Shown here piece after piece: positions 20,214 through 30,451 of a DNA stretch of 64,000 bases. The translations under genes were made by a program, and so were the position numbers. Within the stretch, counting starts at the first letter, position 1. Each line of letters begins with the position of its first letter. Source of the stretch: Candidatus Latescibacterota bacterium (GTDB lineage Bacteria; Latescibacterota; UBA2968); the NCBI GenBank assembly GCA_965222605.1, contig OZ244960.1:1856001-1920000 (forward strand), written 5' to 3'. The notes under the pieces are model-generated. The model was not told where the DNA came from. It ran no database searches and worked only from the letters and a program-made list of their open reading frames with translations.

Positions 20214-21068
20214 TTACAACAACAAATCGGCCAGCGTCCCCGCAAAATACACCACACTAACCACACCATTCATCGTCAAAGACGCCATGCCCGCCTTTGA
20301 CAAATCCCGGTGTCTCACCAAATAATGCTCGTAAATCAGCAAACCGCCCACGCACACCACGCCAGCTACATAAATCATCCCCAGTTCAAATACCTGGCCC
20401 ACGCACACCATCAAACCAAAAGCAATCAAATGAAATATTCGCGCAATCCACAACGCGGGACCAATCCCAAATTTCTGCGGAATCGAATACACACCAAACT
20501 GTCGATCAAACTCGGCATCCTGACAGGCGTAAATCACGTCAAACCCCGCGACCCACATCAACACCGCGCCGCCGAGCAGCAAAATTTCCGCATCCAATTG
20601 TCCCGTCACTGCAATCCACGCCCCCACTGGCGCGACCGACAATGCCAAACCGAGAAAAAGCTGCGTAGCCCACGTAAATCGCTTCGTATAAGAATAAAAA
20701 AACACAATACCCAATGCCACGGGCGACAGCATCAAACACAGTGGATTTAACTTATAAGCCGCAAAAACGAGTAGCGCAGAAAAAACGCACACAAACACTT
20801 TCACAGTACCAGCAGAAATAATCCCCTGGGGCAACTCGCGATTGACCGTGCGCGGATTGGCCGCATCCATTTTCCGATCCACAAGCCGATTAAAACCCAT
20901 GGCCGCACTTCTCGCGCCCACCATCGCCACCACAATCCAGAACACCTGTGCGGACGAAATCCCGTGTCCAGCCGCCGCCAATGCCGCGCCCGAAAGCGCG
21001 AATGGCAAAGCAAAAATACTGTGGCCGAATTTAATCATCCGGCCATAAGTGACAATACCCTCAACCAT
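20214..21068 (-). CDS. UbiA-family prenyltransferase (MqnP-like)
   Basis: IKFGHSIFALPFA, FNRLVDRKMDAANPRT, YSYTKRFT, GFDVIYACQD. Confidence 0.9.
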   Translation of the reverse strand: MVEGIVTYGRMIKFGHSIFALPFALSGAALAAAGHGISSAQVFWIVVAMVGARSAAMGFNRLVDRKMDAANPRTVNRELPQGIISAGTVKVFVCVFSALLVFAAYKLNPLCLMLSPVALGIVFFYSYTKRFTWATQLFLGLALSVAPVGAWIAVTGQLDAEILLLGGAVLMWVAGFDVIYACQDAEFDRQFGVYSIPQKFGIGPALWIARIFHLIAFGLMVCVGQVFELGMIYVAGVVCVGGLLIYEHYLVRHRDLSKAGMASLTMNGVVSVVYFAGTLADLLL

Positions 21069-21081
21069 CCCTGCACGCCTC

Positions 21082-21945
21082 TTATCTTTGCCTGATAAAC
21101 TTTTGCAATCGGCCATCAGTCTGCACTTCCCCCACGTACAAATCGCCGTGTGAATCCAGCCAGATACCGTGCGGACACTTTTTGAACTCACCCGGGGTAT
21201 CGCTTTCAACACCGCGCCCCCACTCAGACAATTTCTCGCCATCAACCGTCCAGATACTCACCCGCTGATCCAACTCCGCGATATAAACTACGCCATCCTC
21301 GTCATCAATATAAACGGTATCGGGTTGGTGTAAGCCCGTCCACTCGCCCTGGAAATTGCCCTCGGTATCGAAAAATTGAATGCGATTATTGCTCCGATCT
21401 GCCACCCACAAACGGTCATCTTTATCGACCCGAACACTATGCACCAGATCAAATTGCCCCGGCCCGGTACCCGGTTCACCCCAGGACTTAATCAACTCAC
21501 CATCGGGTGTAAACTTGTGCATTCTCGCATTGCCATACCCATCGGACACATACATAAACCCCTGAGAATCAAACGCGACATCGGTCGGCAACCGAAACGG
21601 CTCACCCTCATCGCCTTCCCGATCGGGCGTCCCCACCGTCATCAACAACTCGCCATCACAGCTAAACTTTCGCAAACAATGCGTATTGCGCTCCACACAA
21701 TAGACGTGATCCTCTGCGTCGATATAAATACCGTGCGCGTCTTTTAACACATCTTCGCCCCACGAAGACAAAAAATTGCCTTCGCGATCAAATACCACCA
21801 TCGGGTGCTCGCTGCGGCTGTACACATAAACGCGGTCCTGCGAATCAACAGCCACCGCCGGTACCCATCCAAACGACCAGCCATCGGGCAGCGTCCACCA
21901 ATTTTCCTCCACCGTATAGACATAATCACCTTGTCCAAACGTCAT
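21082..21945 (-). CDS. NHL-repeat beta-propeller (peptidyl-alpha-hydroxyglycine lyase-like)
   Basis: VSDGYGN, WGEPGTGPGQF, VADRSNNRIQ repeats; AGGAGG RBS before 21945. Confidence 0.85.
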   Translation of the reverse strand: MTFGQGDYVYTVEENWWTLPDGWSFGWVPAVAVDSQDRVYVYSRSEHPMVVFDREGNFLSSWGEDVLKDAHGIYIDAEDHVYCVERNTHCLRKFSCDGELLMTVGTPDREGDEGEPFRLPTDVAFDSQGFMYVSDGYGNARMHKFTPDGELIKSWGEPGTGPGQFDLVHSVRVDKDDRLWVADRSNNRIQFFDTEGNFQGEWTGLHQPDTVYIDDEDGVVYIAELDQRVSIWTVDGEKLSEWGRGVESDTPGEFKKCPHGIWLDSHGDLYVGEVQTDGRLQKFIRQR

Positions 21946-21962
21946 TACTTCCTCCTTGTCAG

Positions 21963-21986
21963 GTAAGAGAGGCATCCCTGCCTCGA
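21963..21986. repeat. REP-like short palindrome, copy B
   Basis: gtaagaGAGGCA-tccc-TGCCTCga. Confidence 0.4.
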
Positions 21987-22059
21987 CATTGTAGTTTCAC
22001 ACACTCGCACACCAGTCACACGCCATTGCAATATACACCACAATTTGAGGCTAAAAAGA

Positions 22060-22090
22060 AAAAAAGCTCTGGAAATCCAGAGCTTTTTTT
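22060..22090. terminator. Intrinsic terminator
   Basis: AAAAAAGCTCTGG-AAAT-CCAGAGCTTTTTTT. Confidence 0.8.
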
Positions 22091-22112
22091 CATTCTTTGA
22101 GATTATCGCATA

Positions 22113-24614
22113 TTACGCGCTTACCGTTCTTCCGAAAACACTGGTAAACAAAATAAAATCGCCAAAATTGACCTGTCCATCCCCATTTAAGTCAAAACGC
22201 GCATCGGGATTCTCAGCACTAAAAGCGGCAACAAACAGGAGAAAATCGCCAAAGTCGATCTTGCCGCTACCATCGAAATCCGCTCGACCGGCTATCTCCC
22301 GCAAAGGCAGAAACACAGCCGGCTGAGAGCGCACCGCTATACCGCGCGGCCTATCCTCAAAACTCAGTGTTCTCAAAATCTGAAGCGACTCCGCGTCAAA
22401 AATAACCAGATCATTCGATTCCTGGTTCGCTACATACACCTGCGAACCGTCGCGTGACACATACAAATCGCGCGTCTCTTCACCTTCAGGCAAAACTTTT
22501 ACAGTATTCACAACGCGATTTTGCGCCACATCGACGACGACCAATTGGGCATTCGAGCGGTCTGTTGCATATAACCGCGAGCCATCTGGCGATAAGGCGA
22601 GACGAAATATCCCGGCATCTATAAGAATCGTTGTCACCACAGACTCCGACTCGGTATCAATCACCGCAATACCGCCGCCGCCATCGTCACCGAAGTCCCC
22701 CCCCGACACATACAACCGCTTTCCATCTGCAGATATAACCAGTGAGCGGGGTTCCTCAATCACATCAATGCGCCCAACCGTTGCCCTGCGTGCGGTATCG
22801 ACAACCAGCACTTGATTGCCGTCAATATCTGTGACATAAAGCCGCTTCCCATTTGGGTGAATCGCCACGCCATAAGGGCCGCGTGCAACTGGCACCCGAA
22901 TGCGATTGCGCACAGTCAAACTCGCCACCTCAATAACCGAAATACTCTTAGACTGTGAATTGGTGACATAGACCCACTGCCCATCTGCGCTCAAAGTGAG
23001 ATCCAAAGGCGCATTGTCAACTTCAATGCTCGCCGCCACCTGATGTGTGGCGGTCTCGATAACAGTAACCCGATTCTCCGATGTATTGACGCCCCCCCCC
23101 GAATTGGCGACAAACAAATAGCGCTGATCCGGCGTCATCAAAACACTTAAGGGATCCGAACCAGTGGGAATGCGCGCCACCTCTTCGCCCGGTCCCATAT
23201 CGATAGCGGCCACTACATCTTCATCTCGCAATGCAACAAAAAGTATGGGCGATCCAGAAAGGGATATTACATCGAATTGTAACATGGGCAATTCAGATGT
23301 CGGTGAAGGCGTTTCATTGCCATCGCCATCTCGCGCAATCACCCGATATTCAACCCTCGATCCCACACTCTGTCCGTCAATTTCAACGGCAAAAATATCG
23401 TTACTCGTCTGGACCATTGGCAGCACCTGCACACCCCCACCATTGATCTGATAATGCAATTCGACATTTGTAACCCCGTTATCATCGGTCACTCTTGCCG
23501 AAAAGCGATAGGGGCCATTGGGATCGGGCGTATTAGCTGGAAAAATAGTCTCCCGAATAAAGGGCGCGCCTGGCGCAGAAGGCCCAATTGCGAAGTCGAT
23601 GTTTTCTATCACGCGATCGATTTCAACGCGTATAATTTGGGCGTTAGGCTGCAAAAACGCATTATTATAGTACTCTTTGTCTAATCTTTCATCAAATAAC
23701 GTCTGAAAAATACCGCCAAAATTATCAGCAGAAATTGCGCGATGGTGTGGCTCAATCGCAATGTGGTAATCGCCCGGAGGCAACCCGAGAATTTCATACC
23801 GACCATCGCCATTGGCTCCCTTTTGATCACCGGCCGTCCCCGACAGAGAACTCGCCACAAACATCTCGGTTCCCGCCTGATAAGCCACCACATGCACGCC
23901 AAATACAGGTCCATCGGCATCCAAGACCTGCCCACGCACCCCACCGGTCAGTCCTTCCACCGGATATATTGCCGTTATCCCGGCGAGGTCATCGGGTTCC
24001 AGAGAACGCTCCTCACGCGGCGCCGAGGCCGTATTATAGGGATACATCGTAGGACGCTCTTCGGGTTCTCCCACCAGAGGAGAGTGATCCAGCCCCAAAA
24101 GATGGCCGATTTCATGCGTCATCACACCCTGAAGATCGGTCAGATCCTCAGGCGTGTTATTTTCCTCAATCGAAAACTGATGATCTCGCCCATTAAAAAC
24201 AATATCCACATCCGTAATAAAACCGTCGTCGTTATTGATGACCCGGGCAATTGCAATGACCCCTGAACCCTCGGGTGCTCCTACAACCTCTCCCGTCGCA
24301 TCGTAAATAATCACATTGCGATTATCATTTCCCGACGCTTCAAGCTGTGCTGTACCTTCATATTCAAATGTAATAAATGCCGATGGCACTGCACCCCAGT
24401 CGTTAAACCCCTGCTGTGCAATCCGTACCACCTCGGCTTCGGGAAAGGGAAAACTCCCGGCATTGACCACAAAGGGAATACCAGCCCCAGCCCGAGAAGG
24501 TGACCAGCGCTTTGTCACAATACGCCCACGAGAATTTTGTTCTGTTAGAATCACATACCCCTCTGCACCAACCCACAGAGCGAGCAGAAGGCCAAAAACG
24601 CACATTTTTTTCAC
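22113..24614 (-). CDS. Secreted matrixin-like metalloprotease + YVTN beta-propeller + dockerin/EF-hand tail
   Basis: HEIGHLLGLDH plus Met-turn PTMYP; YVTN/YVAN repeats; DFDGSG..DFGDFL tail; GTG start at 24614 gives a signal peptide. Confidence 0.88.
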   Translation of the reverse strand: MKKMCVFGLLLALWVGAEGYVILTEQNSRGRIVTKRWSPSRAGAGIPFVVNAGSFPFPEAEVVRIAQQGFNDWGAVPSAFITFEYEGTAQLEASGNDNRNVIIYDATGEVVGAPEGSGVIAIARVINNDDGFITDVDIVFNGRDHQFSIEENNTPEDLTDLQGVMTHEIGHLLGLDHSPLVGEPEERPTMYPYNTASAPREERSLEPDDLAGITAIYPVEGLTGGVRGQVLDADGPVFGVHVVAYQAGTEMFVASSLSGTAGDQKGANGDGRYEILGLPPGDYHIAIEPHHRAISADNFGGIFQTLFDERLDKEYYNNAFLQPNAQIIRVEIDRVIENIDFAIGPSAPGAPFIRETIFPANTPDPNGPYRFSARVTDDNGVTNVELHYQINGGGVQVLPMVQTSNDIFAVEIDGQSVGSRVEYRVIARDGDGNETPSPTSELPMLQFDVISLSGSPILFVALRDEDVVAAIDMGPGEEVARIPTGSDPLSVLMTPDQRYLFVANSGGGVNTSENRVTVIETATHQVAASIEVDNAPLDLTLSADGQWVYVTNSQSKSISVIEVASLTVRNRIRVPVARGPYGVAIHPNGKRLYVTDIDGNQVLVVDTARRATVGRIDVIEEPRSLVISADGKRLYVSGGDFGDDGGGGIAVIDTESESVVTTILIDAGIFRLALSPDGSRLYATDRSNAQLVVVDVAQNRVVNTVKVLPEGEETRDLYVSRDGSQVYVANQESNDLVIFDAESLQILRTLSFEDRPRGIAVRSQPAVFLPLREIAGRADFDGSGKIDFGDFLLFVAAFSAENPDARFDLNGDGQVNFGDFILFTSVFGRTVSA

Positions 24615-24618
24615 AATA

Positions 24619-25011
24619 TTAATCCCTATTTTGGAGTACTGGTTCCGATTCCCTTGCATCCACCACCCACACCTCGGCTTTGCCATCTCGATCAAAATCC
24701 GCTTCCGCATACGCCACGAAGCCATCCTCTGAAACGGTCACCCGATAGCGAAATCGTCCGGGCGCATTATTGAGTTGTAAAATACGACCGTTAATTTTTT
24801 CATCAATAGGCAAATAAGTGCCGTATTCTGCGCGATATGCATGTTCTAAAGCCGCAATGCGTTGCAACATAATACGGGCGCGTTCCCGCTCTGCGTCTTC
24901 GGGCGTGCGATATGTAAATTGATAAATCAACACCACACACATCAATACCACAAGACCAATAACAATACCCACTTCATGCAACTGATCTCGATATTTCCAA
25001 AAGAACATCAC
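24619..25011 (-). CDS. Small membrane-anchored pilin/pseudopilin-like protein
   Basis: N-terminal TM helix; ALEHAYRAEYGTY; AEADFDRDGKAEVW. Confidence 0.55.
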   Translation of the reverse strand: MMFFWKYRDQLHEVGIVIGLVVLMCVVLIYQFTYRTPEDAERERARIMLQRIAALEHAYRAEYGTYLPIDEKINGRILQLNNAPGRFRYRVTVSEDGFVAYAEADFDRDGKAEVWVVDARESEPVLQNRD

Positions 25012-26720
25012 GGATTCTCCTCACTGGCTGGCAACATCCACCAGATTTTGGATTCCAACTGTCCGACCTCCGTCTCCCACCGCGCCCGCACCTCTACCGT
25101 ATCGGCATGTGCGATCAGAGGCTCTGCGGGCAAAAACGGATGGATTTGTCCAGACATCCACTGACCATTGCGATCGCGATCTAAAAATCCAGAAATGCGA
25201 TACGTCCCCGGAAGCAAATTTGTCAAACTAAACGTCGTATCCTGCAAAACCTGTTCCCGAAAAAAATCATGTGCCAATCCCTCCACCCATACTACCACAT
25301 CAGCAGAAGACATCGTCCCAGAAACGCGCCCCAGTGCCGCGGTGTCCATCACAGAAAAAACAAACGAAATTGGTTCAGAGAGGACATTGCCACCAATATC
25401 CAATAGCCTTTCGCGATTTCCAATGAGTCGGATCGTCTCACCACTCGTCCACAGATTATCCGGTGTAAACACGAGATGATTGGGCGCAACCCATTCAAAA
25501 TATCCCTGGGGAACAACTGTCGAATCCGACGCCATCCAAAAGTCGGACACGGGATATAGACGCATCGCATCGGAAAACAACATGCGAATTACAGCCGTGG
25601 GCAAAACGTTCTCTGCATTCTCTGCCGGCGCGATAGCCAGCACCTCTGGCGCGCGTCGATCGCGCGTACCATCGCCTCGCACGGTTGCATCTGTGGTATC
25701 GCGATTGCCCCACCGATCTACAATATCAACCCGCGCCGTGTATTCCACACCCTGAGTTTGCAGTCCGGTAATCAACCCCACCCCGCTCGAGTCAACGGGA
25801 TCTTGATATATCTCCAACACCGATAGGTCAGATATTTCAATGTCTAAAACGCGCACCGGTTCATCAAATCGCATCAAAATATGCTGTTGATCGGGTGTGC
25901 GCGCAGCAACGAGAGCAGGTGCTGAGGTATCGCGCACCGCGAGTTTGAGATCGCCCAGGCGAACGCGCCCCTCATCGGTGAGCACCACATCGCCCGGCGG
26001 AAGAGCCAACCAGTCGCCAGATGAATACGTGCGATCATTATTCTGATCGCCAAAAGCAAATATGCGATAGTTCCCAGAACCCAAACGCGGCAATACAAAA
26101 TGACCCATTTCATCGGGCTGCGTCACATAAGTGGGGCGGTCTCTTCCCGGATCGGGTGCCGCCACCACAGAGAGATCATAAGCCCAAACAAAAACCTGTC
26201 CTGTCTGTCCCTTAGACTTCAACACCCGCCCGTTGAGTTCCCCGCGATTTAAGCGATCCCCTGTCGCAAATCCAAAACTATAAGAAGACCGCATGCGGTT
26301 GCGCCACTCATCCGCGCTTTCCTGCCCCACCGTGACCAGATACGTTCGGTCAGCTTGCAAGCCATCGGGCAATCGAATCTCCAACACATCTCTACGCCAT
26401 CGAAAATCGAGTTCCCGAGCGCTCTGCGGCGAAATAAATAATGCGCGCTCGACCGACCTGCGATCCATCCCCTCTGAAAAGCGAATGCGAATCGGCGTAT
26501 CCAACCCGACTCGCACAGAATCATCCGCAGGCACTGTATCAACCACCCTCGGCGGCGTTTTATCGGGTGGTCCCCCCGGCGGAGGCATCTGCCGCGCACA
26601 GGCAAAAAAAAGAAAAAAGAAAAAAAGGTAAGACGTGAGACGTGAGATGGGAGATGCTCCCCCAAACCCGCCCCGTAAACTTATCGCCAATCCCCGTTCA
26701 TAGTTCATGACTCGCCACAC
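25008..26720 (-). CDS. Ig-like (Big_5) domain lipoprotein
   Basis: FFACA-RQMPPPGGPPDKTPP motif; IRFSE repeats; start uncertain. Confidence 0.8.
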   Translation of the reverse strand: MWRVMNYERGLAISLRGGFGGASPISRLTSYLFFFFLFFACARQMPPPGGPPDKTPPRVVDTVPADDSVRVGLDTPIRIRFSEGMDRRSVERALFISPQSARELDFRWRRDVLEIRLPDGLQADRTYLVTVGQESADEWRNRMRSSYSFGFATGDRLNRGELNGRVLKSKGQTGQVFVWAYDLSVVAAPDPGRDRPTYVTQPDEMGHFVLPRLGSGNYRIFAFGDQNNDRTYSSGDWLALPPGDVVLTDEGRVRLGDLKLAVRDTSAPALVAARTPDQQHILMRFDEPVRVLDIEISDLSVLEIYQDPVDSSGVGLITGLQTQGVEYTARVDIVDRWGNRDTTDATVRGDGTRDRRAPEVLAIAPAENAENVLPTAVIRMLFSDAMRLYPVSDFWMASDSTVVPQGYFEWVAPNHLVFTPDNLWTSGETIRLIGNRERLLDIGGNVLSEPISFVFSVMDTAALGRVSGTMSSADVVVWVEGLAHDFFREQVLQDTTFSLTNLLPGTYRISGFLDRDRNGQWMSGQIHPFLPAEPLIAHADTVEVRARWETEVGQLESKIWWMLPASEENP

Positions 26721-26748
26721 TCGTTGTAGGCTTCGCCTGTGGCCTACT

Positions 26749-27080
26749 AACTGATGTTACGCAACTTAAAGAAGATTTGCGTTGCTTGTCAAAAGCATGA
26801 GGTGATAATTCCACCTTTTTTATCTTTGTTCTGCCTTCGGCGACCTCCTTTTTGTCAACAGCCACAAAAAGGAGGCAAAAAAGGCCGCTCTCAATCGCCG
26901 AGGGGCTAGCACAGCGCAAATCGTTTCTGTGGCACAACATCATGTTGTGGCCTTCAAAGTTCAAAAAAATTGGTGTTCGGTGCGAATCGGACTTGCGCGC
27001 TGTGCGTAATGGCTTTGACTGATGACTTCTGTGATCGTGTGTTTTGTGATGGCTTATCTGAGTACTGCGTAACATCAGTT
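26749..27080. mobile_element. MITE-like element / IS remnant with 15-bp terminal inverted repeats
   Basis: aactgatgttacgca (26749-26763) and tgcgtaacatcagtt (27066-27080); no transposase; no clear TSD. Confidence 0.6.
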
Positions 27081-27092
27081 CCCAATTGCCTT

Positions 27093-27980
27093 TCACGCCC
27101 GTGGATGCGCCTGTCGATAGGCTCTTTTTAAGCGTTCAACACTCACATGCGTATAAACCTGTGTGGTTGAAAGGCTCGCATGACCGAGCAATTCTCTCAC
27201 CGCATTGAGATCTGCTCCCGCATCCAGAAGATGGGTTGCATAGGCGTGGCGCAATGCATGGGGAGACAAAGACCGTCCAGTCGCTTTGCTGAGATATCGG
27301 GCAACGCGACCTTGAATACCACTCGGACTCAGCGGACGCCCAGATCGCGCCAAAAACAAATGCCGCCGATCAGCCGTCTGTTCAGAAATCAGTTCTCCTC
27401 GCCGCATCAAATAAGCCACCAGCGCAACCCGAGCCGGTTCCCCGAAAGGAACCAATCGCTCATTGTTGCCCTTGCCCACAACCCGCACCAGTTTATCGGC
27501 CAGATCCACAGCCTCAATTTTAAGACCTGCAAGCTCGCGCAATCGAATCCCAGCGCTATAAAATAACTCCAATATCGCCCGATCGCGCAATCCCAATACC
27601 GTATTGGGCGACGGCAGGGACATCGCGCGGGCAACCTCATCAACATCCAGATAAACGGGCAAGATCCTATCCTGCCTGGGCGGGCGCACATCGAACGCTG
27701 GATTCTGATCCAAATCGCCCACATTGCACAAATAACTCAAAAACGTTCGCACCGCCGCCAGCTTTCGGGCAACAGATCGCCGACCAAATCCCCTATTGTG
27801 CAAAAATCCCAAAAACCCCCGCACCGCATTCCGATCAATCTGTTCCGGGCGATCCACCTGACGCGCATGCAAAAAAGCGGCGAACTGATCCAGATCCGTA
27901 TTATACGCCGTACACGTATGATCGGACAATCGCCGCTGCCGCGACAGATGATTGAGGAATTGAGTAATGGATGTTTGCAT
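27093..27980 (-). CDS. xerC: Tyrosine recombinase XerC
   Basis: RDRAILELFYSAGIR, GKG, HALRHAYATH, LLGHASLSTTQVY; follows topA. Confidence 0.9.
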   Translation of the reverse strand: MQTSITQFLNHLSRQRRLSDHTCTAYNTDLDQFAAFLHARQVDRPEQIDRNAVRGFLGFLHNRGFGRRSVARKLAAVRTFLSYLCNVGDLDQNPAFDVRPPRQDRILPVYLDVDEVARAMSLPSPNTVLGLRDRAILELFYSAGIRLRELAGLKIEAVDLADKLVRVVGKGNNERLVPFGEPARVALVAYLMRRGELISEQTADRRHLFLARSGRPLSPSGIQGRVARYLSKATGRSLSPHALRHAYATHLLDAGADLNAVRELLGHASLSTTQVYTHVSVERLKRAYRQAHPRA

Positions 27981-27988
27981 GTTGTCTC

Positions 27989-30436
27989 TTACCTCGTGCG
28001 TCTTCTTCTCGACCTTCTCCTATTCGTCGCCGGGTTTTCCGCAATAATTTTCTCGCAAGCCGCCTGCGTCAAAGACGACGCCTCCACGCCCTTTGGAATG
28101 CGGTAATTATTCCCATCGTGTTTGATATAAGGACCATAGCGTCCGGCAAGAACCTGAATCCCGTCAAAATCGTGAATCACCTGCTGCGACTGCCCGCCGC
28201 CCGCTCCGGGTTGCATAAACTTTTCGAGCGTCTCGCGGTCCAATGTCGCCGCATCCATCCCCCTGGGAATCTTGTAATTTTTACCATCTTTGCGAATATA
28301 AGCACCATACCGACCATTGAGCACCTGAAAATCGTCAAAATCGCGAATCACATTTTTGGCTTTGCGATCTTCTTCAGCAGCCGCGATCTCCAATGCGCGA
28401 GCCAACGTCACCTCAAGCAGATCCTCTCCCTCTGGCAGAGAAAAAAAGTTGCGACCTATTCGCACATAAGGGCCATACCGGCCAATATTGACCTGCACCT
28501 CATCACCCGCATCATTTTGCCCGAGTTTGCGCGGCAATTCAAAACACTTGAGAGCATCGGCCAATTCAATATCAAAAATACTCCGATCGGGGGGCAAAGA
28601 TGCAAACAAGGGCTTCTCTTCTTCATCCGCACTACCAATCTGAACATAAGGACCATACTGACCAAAACTCACACTCACCTCGCGCCCCGTATTGGGGTCC
28701 TTTCCCAACTTGCGCCCAATTTTATCGACCGACTTTTTGTCTTCCACCCGCTTATTAAACGGCGGATAAAACGCCTCCAACATCGCCTTCCATGAATTTT
28801 TGCCCTGGGCAATCTCGTCAAAATCGTCCTCGAGGTGCGACGTAAAACGCAAATCGATAATATCGGGAAAGTGCGCCGTCAAAAAATCATTGACCACCTC
28901 GCCGATATCTGTGGGTTTGAGTTTCTTATCTGTTGTGCTTTCCACATACTCCCGGCTCTGAATGGTTGAAATCGTCGGCGAATAAGTCGAAGGACGCCCA
29001 ATACCCTCACTTTCGAGCTTCTTCACCAGCGAAGCCTCGGTATAACGCGCGGGCGGTTTGGTAAACAACTGCTCTAAATGCAACTTCTCCAAATTGAGCA
29101 CCTGCTCCTTTGCAACCTTTGGCAAAATCACATCTTTGTTGCTAACATCCGCATCTGGATTATCGGATCCCTCGGCATAAACCCTCAAAAACCCGGGGAA
29201 TAAAACGCGCTGGCCCCTGGCTTCAAAAATCAATTCACCCGCTTCGCCAGCCCGAATGCGAATCGTCGTATATGCAATGCGCGCATCGGCCATTTGCGTC
29301 GCCAACGTACGCTTCCAAATCAAATCGTAAAGCCGAAATTGTCGGGGATCGAGATGTGCCCTAACGCGGGTGGGTTTAATCGACAAATCCGCCGGACGAA
29401 TCGCCTCATGCGCTTCCTGTGCCCCTTTGGTCTTATTGGCAAATCGTCGGGGCCTCTCCACGGTATAATCCCGGCCAAACTCCTGCGCGACCACCTCCCG
29501 CGCCTGATTCACCGCCTGCTCGGCCAAATTCACCGAATCGGTACGCATATACGTAATCAAACCGCCGGTATATCCGGGAATTTCAAAATTGCCTTCGTAA
29601 AGCTGTTGTGCAACCCGCATTGTCTGCGACACGGAAAAACCCAGCTTGCGAGACGCCTCTTGTTGCAGCGTCGATGTCGTAAACGGAGGCACGGGCCGCC
29701 GCACGCCCTCGCGCTCGACCACCTCTGCCACGACAAATTGCCCCTTCAGCGCACTCGCTTCAACAGCTTTGGCCTCGGCTTCATTCTTGACAGCAGCTTT
29801 TTTTCCATTTTGTCGCGTCAATTCAGCCTGAAATTTGGGATCCTTAAAATCGGATTTAATTTTCCAATACTCCTCCGGCTTAAACGCCCGAATCTCCCGT
29901 TCTCGATCAACAACAATCCGCACCGCCACACTCTGCACGCGCCCAGCCGACAATCCGCCCTTTACCTTTCTCCACAACAAAGGCGACAACTGATAGCCCA
30001 CAGCGCGATCCAAAATGCGACGCGCCTGTTGTGCATCGACCAAATTTTGATCCAGTTCGCGGGGATTTTCAAGCGCGTGCAAAATCGCAGATTGGGTAAT
30101 CTCGTGGAAAACAATCCGCTTAATGGGCTGATTCTTAAGCCCGAGAGCAGAAATCAGATGCCACGAAATAGATTCCCCTTCGCGGTCTTCGTCTGTCGCC
30201 AGATATACAGTCGTGTCTTTGTTTATATCCTTTTTGAGCGCCTGAATCACACTGCGCTTGTCTTGCGATACGACGTATTTGGGATCAAAACTCTCTACAT
30301 CAAAGCCCAATTCACGTGCGGGAAGATCGCGCACATGCCCCATAGAAGCAGCGACTTTGTAGTCTTTGCCCACAAATCGAGAAATTGTCCGCGCTTTGGC
30401 AGGTGATTCGACAATAATCAAATTTTTCGCCATCAA
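27989..30436 (-). CDS. topA: DNA topoisomerase I
   Basis: IVESPAKA, ATDEDREGE, SAGRVQS, ITYMRTD; GRYGPY C-terminal repeats. Confidence 0.97.
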   Translation of the reverse strand: MMAKNLIIVESPAKARTISRFVGKDYKVAASMGHVRDLPARELGFDVESFDPKYVVSQDKRSVIQALKKDINKDTTVYLATDEDREGESISWHLISALGLKNQPIKRIVFHEITQSAILHALENPRELDQNLVDAQQARRILDRAVGYQLSPLLWRKVKGGLSAGRVQSVAVRIVVDREREIRAFKPEEYWKIKSDFKDPKFQAELTRQNGKKAAVKNEAEAKAVEASALKGQFVVAEVVEREGVRRPVPPFTTSTLQQEASRKLGFSVSQTMRVAQQLYEGNFEIPGYTGGLITYMRTDSVNLAEQAVNQAREVVAQEFGRDYTVERPRRFANKTKGAQEAHEAIRPADLSIKPTRVRAHLDPRQFRLYDLIWKRTLATQMADARIAYTTIRIRAGEAGELIFEARGQRVLFPGFLRVYAEGSDNPDADVSNKDVILPKVAKEQVLNLEKLHLEQLFTKPPARYTEASLVKKLESEGIGRPSTYSPTISTIQSREYVESTTDKKLKPTDIGEVVNDFLTAHFPDIIDLRFTSHLEDDFDEIAQGKNSWKAMLEAFYPPFNKRVEDKKSVDKIGRKLGKDPNTGREVSVSFGQYGPYVQIGSADEEEKPLFASLPPDRSIFDIELADALKCFELPRKLGQNDAGDEVQVNIGRYGPYVRIGRNFFSLPEGEDLLEVTLARALEIAAAEEDRKAKNVIRDFDDFQVLNGRYGAYIRKDGKNYKIPRGMDAATLDRETLEKFMQPGAGGGQSQQVIHDFDGIQVLAGRYGPYIKHDGNNYRIPKGVEASSLTQAACEKIIAENPATNRRRSRRRRTR

Positions 30437-30451
30437 AACATCCTAAGAAAT

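Noticed and set aside
26604-26656. A-tracts and gtgagac heptamers as a phase-variation switch (also agc-heptamers at 19517-19540)
   Set aside because: The tracts are short and interrupted, encode the Phe-rich signal peptide in frame, and there are too few units.
26698-27096. 132-aa minus-strand ORF
   Set aside because: No recognisable motifs; it coincides with the TIR-bounded element and is probably spurious.
27093-27980. Tyrosine recombinase as an island integrase
   Set aside because: Size, motifs and topA linkage indicate housekeeping XerC; it is far from both islands.
29294-30406. Long antisense ORFs (also 1822-2922, 27971-28795, 33610-34647 and others)
   Set aside because: They are shadow or alternative frames over well-supported genes and have no motifs.
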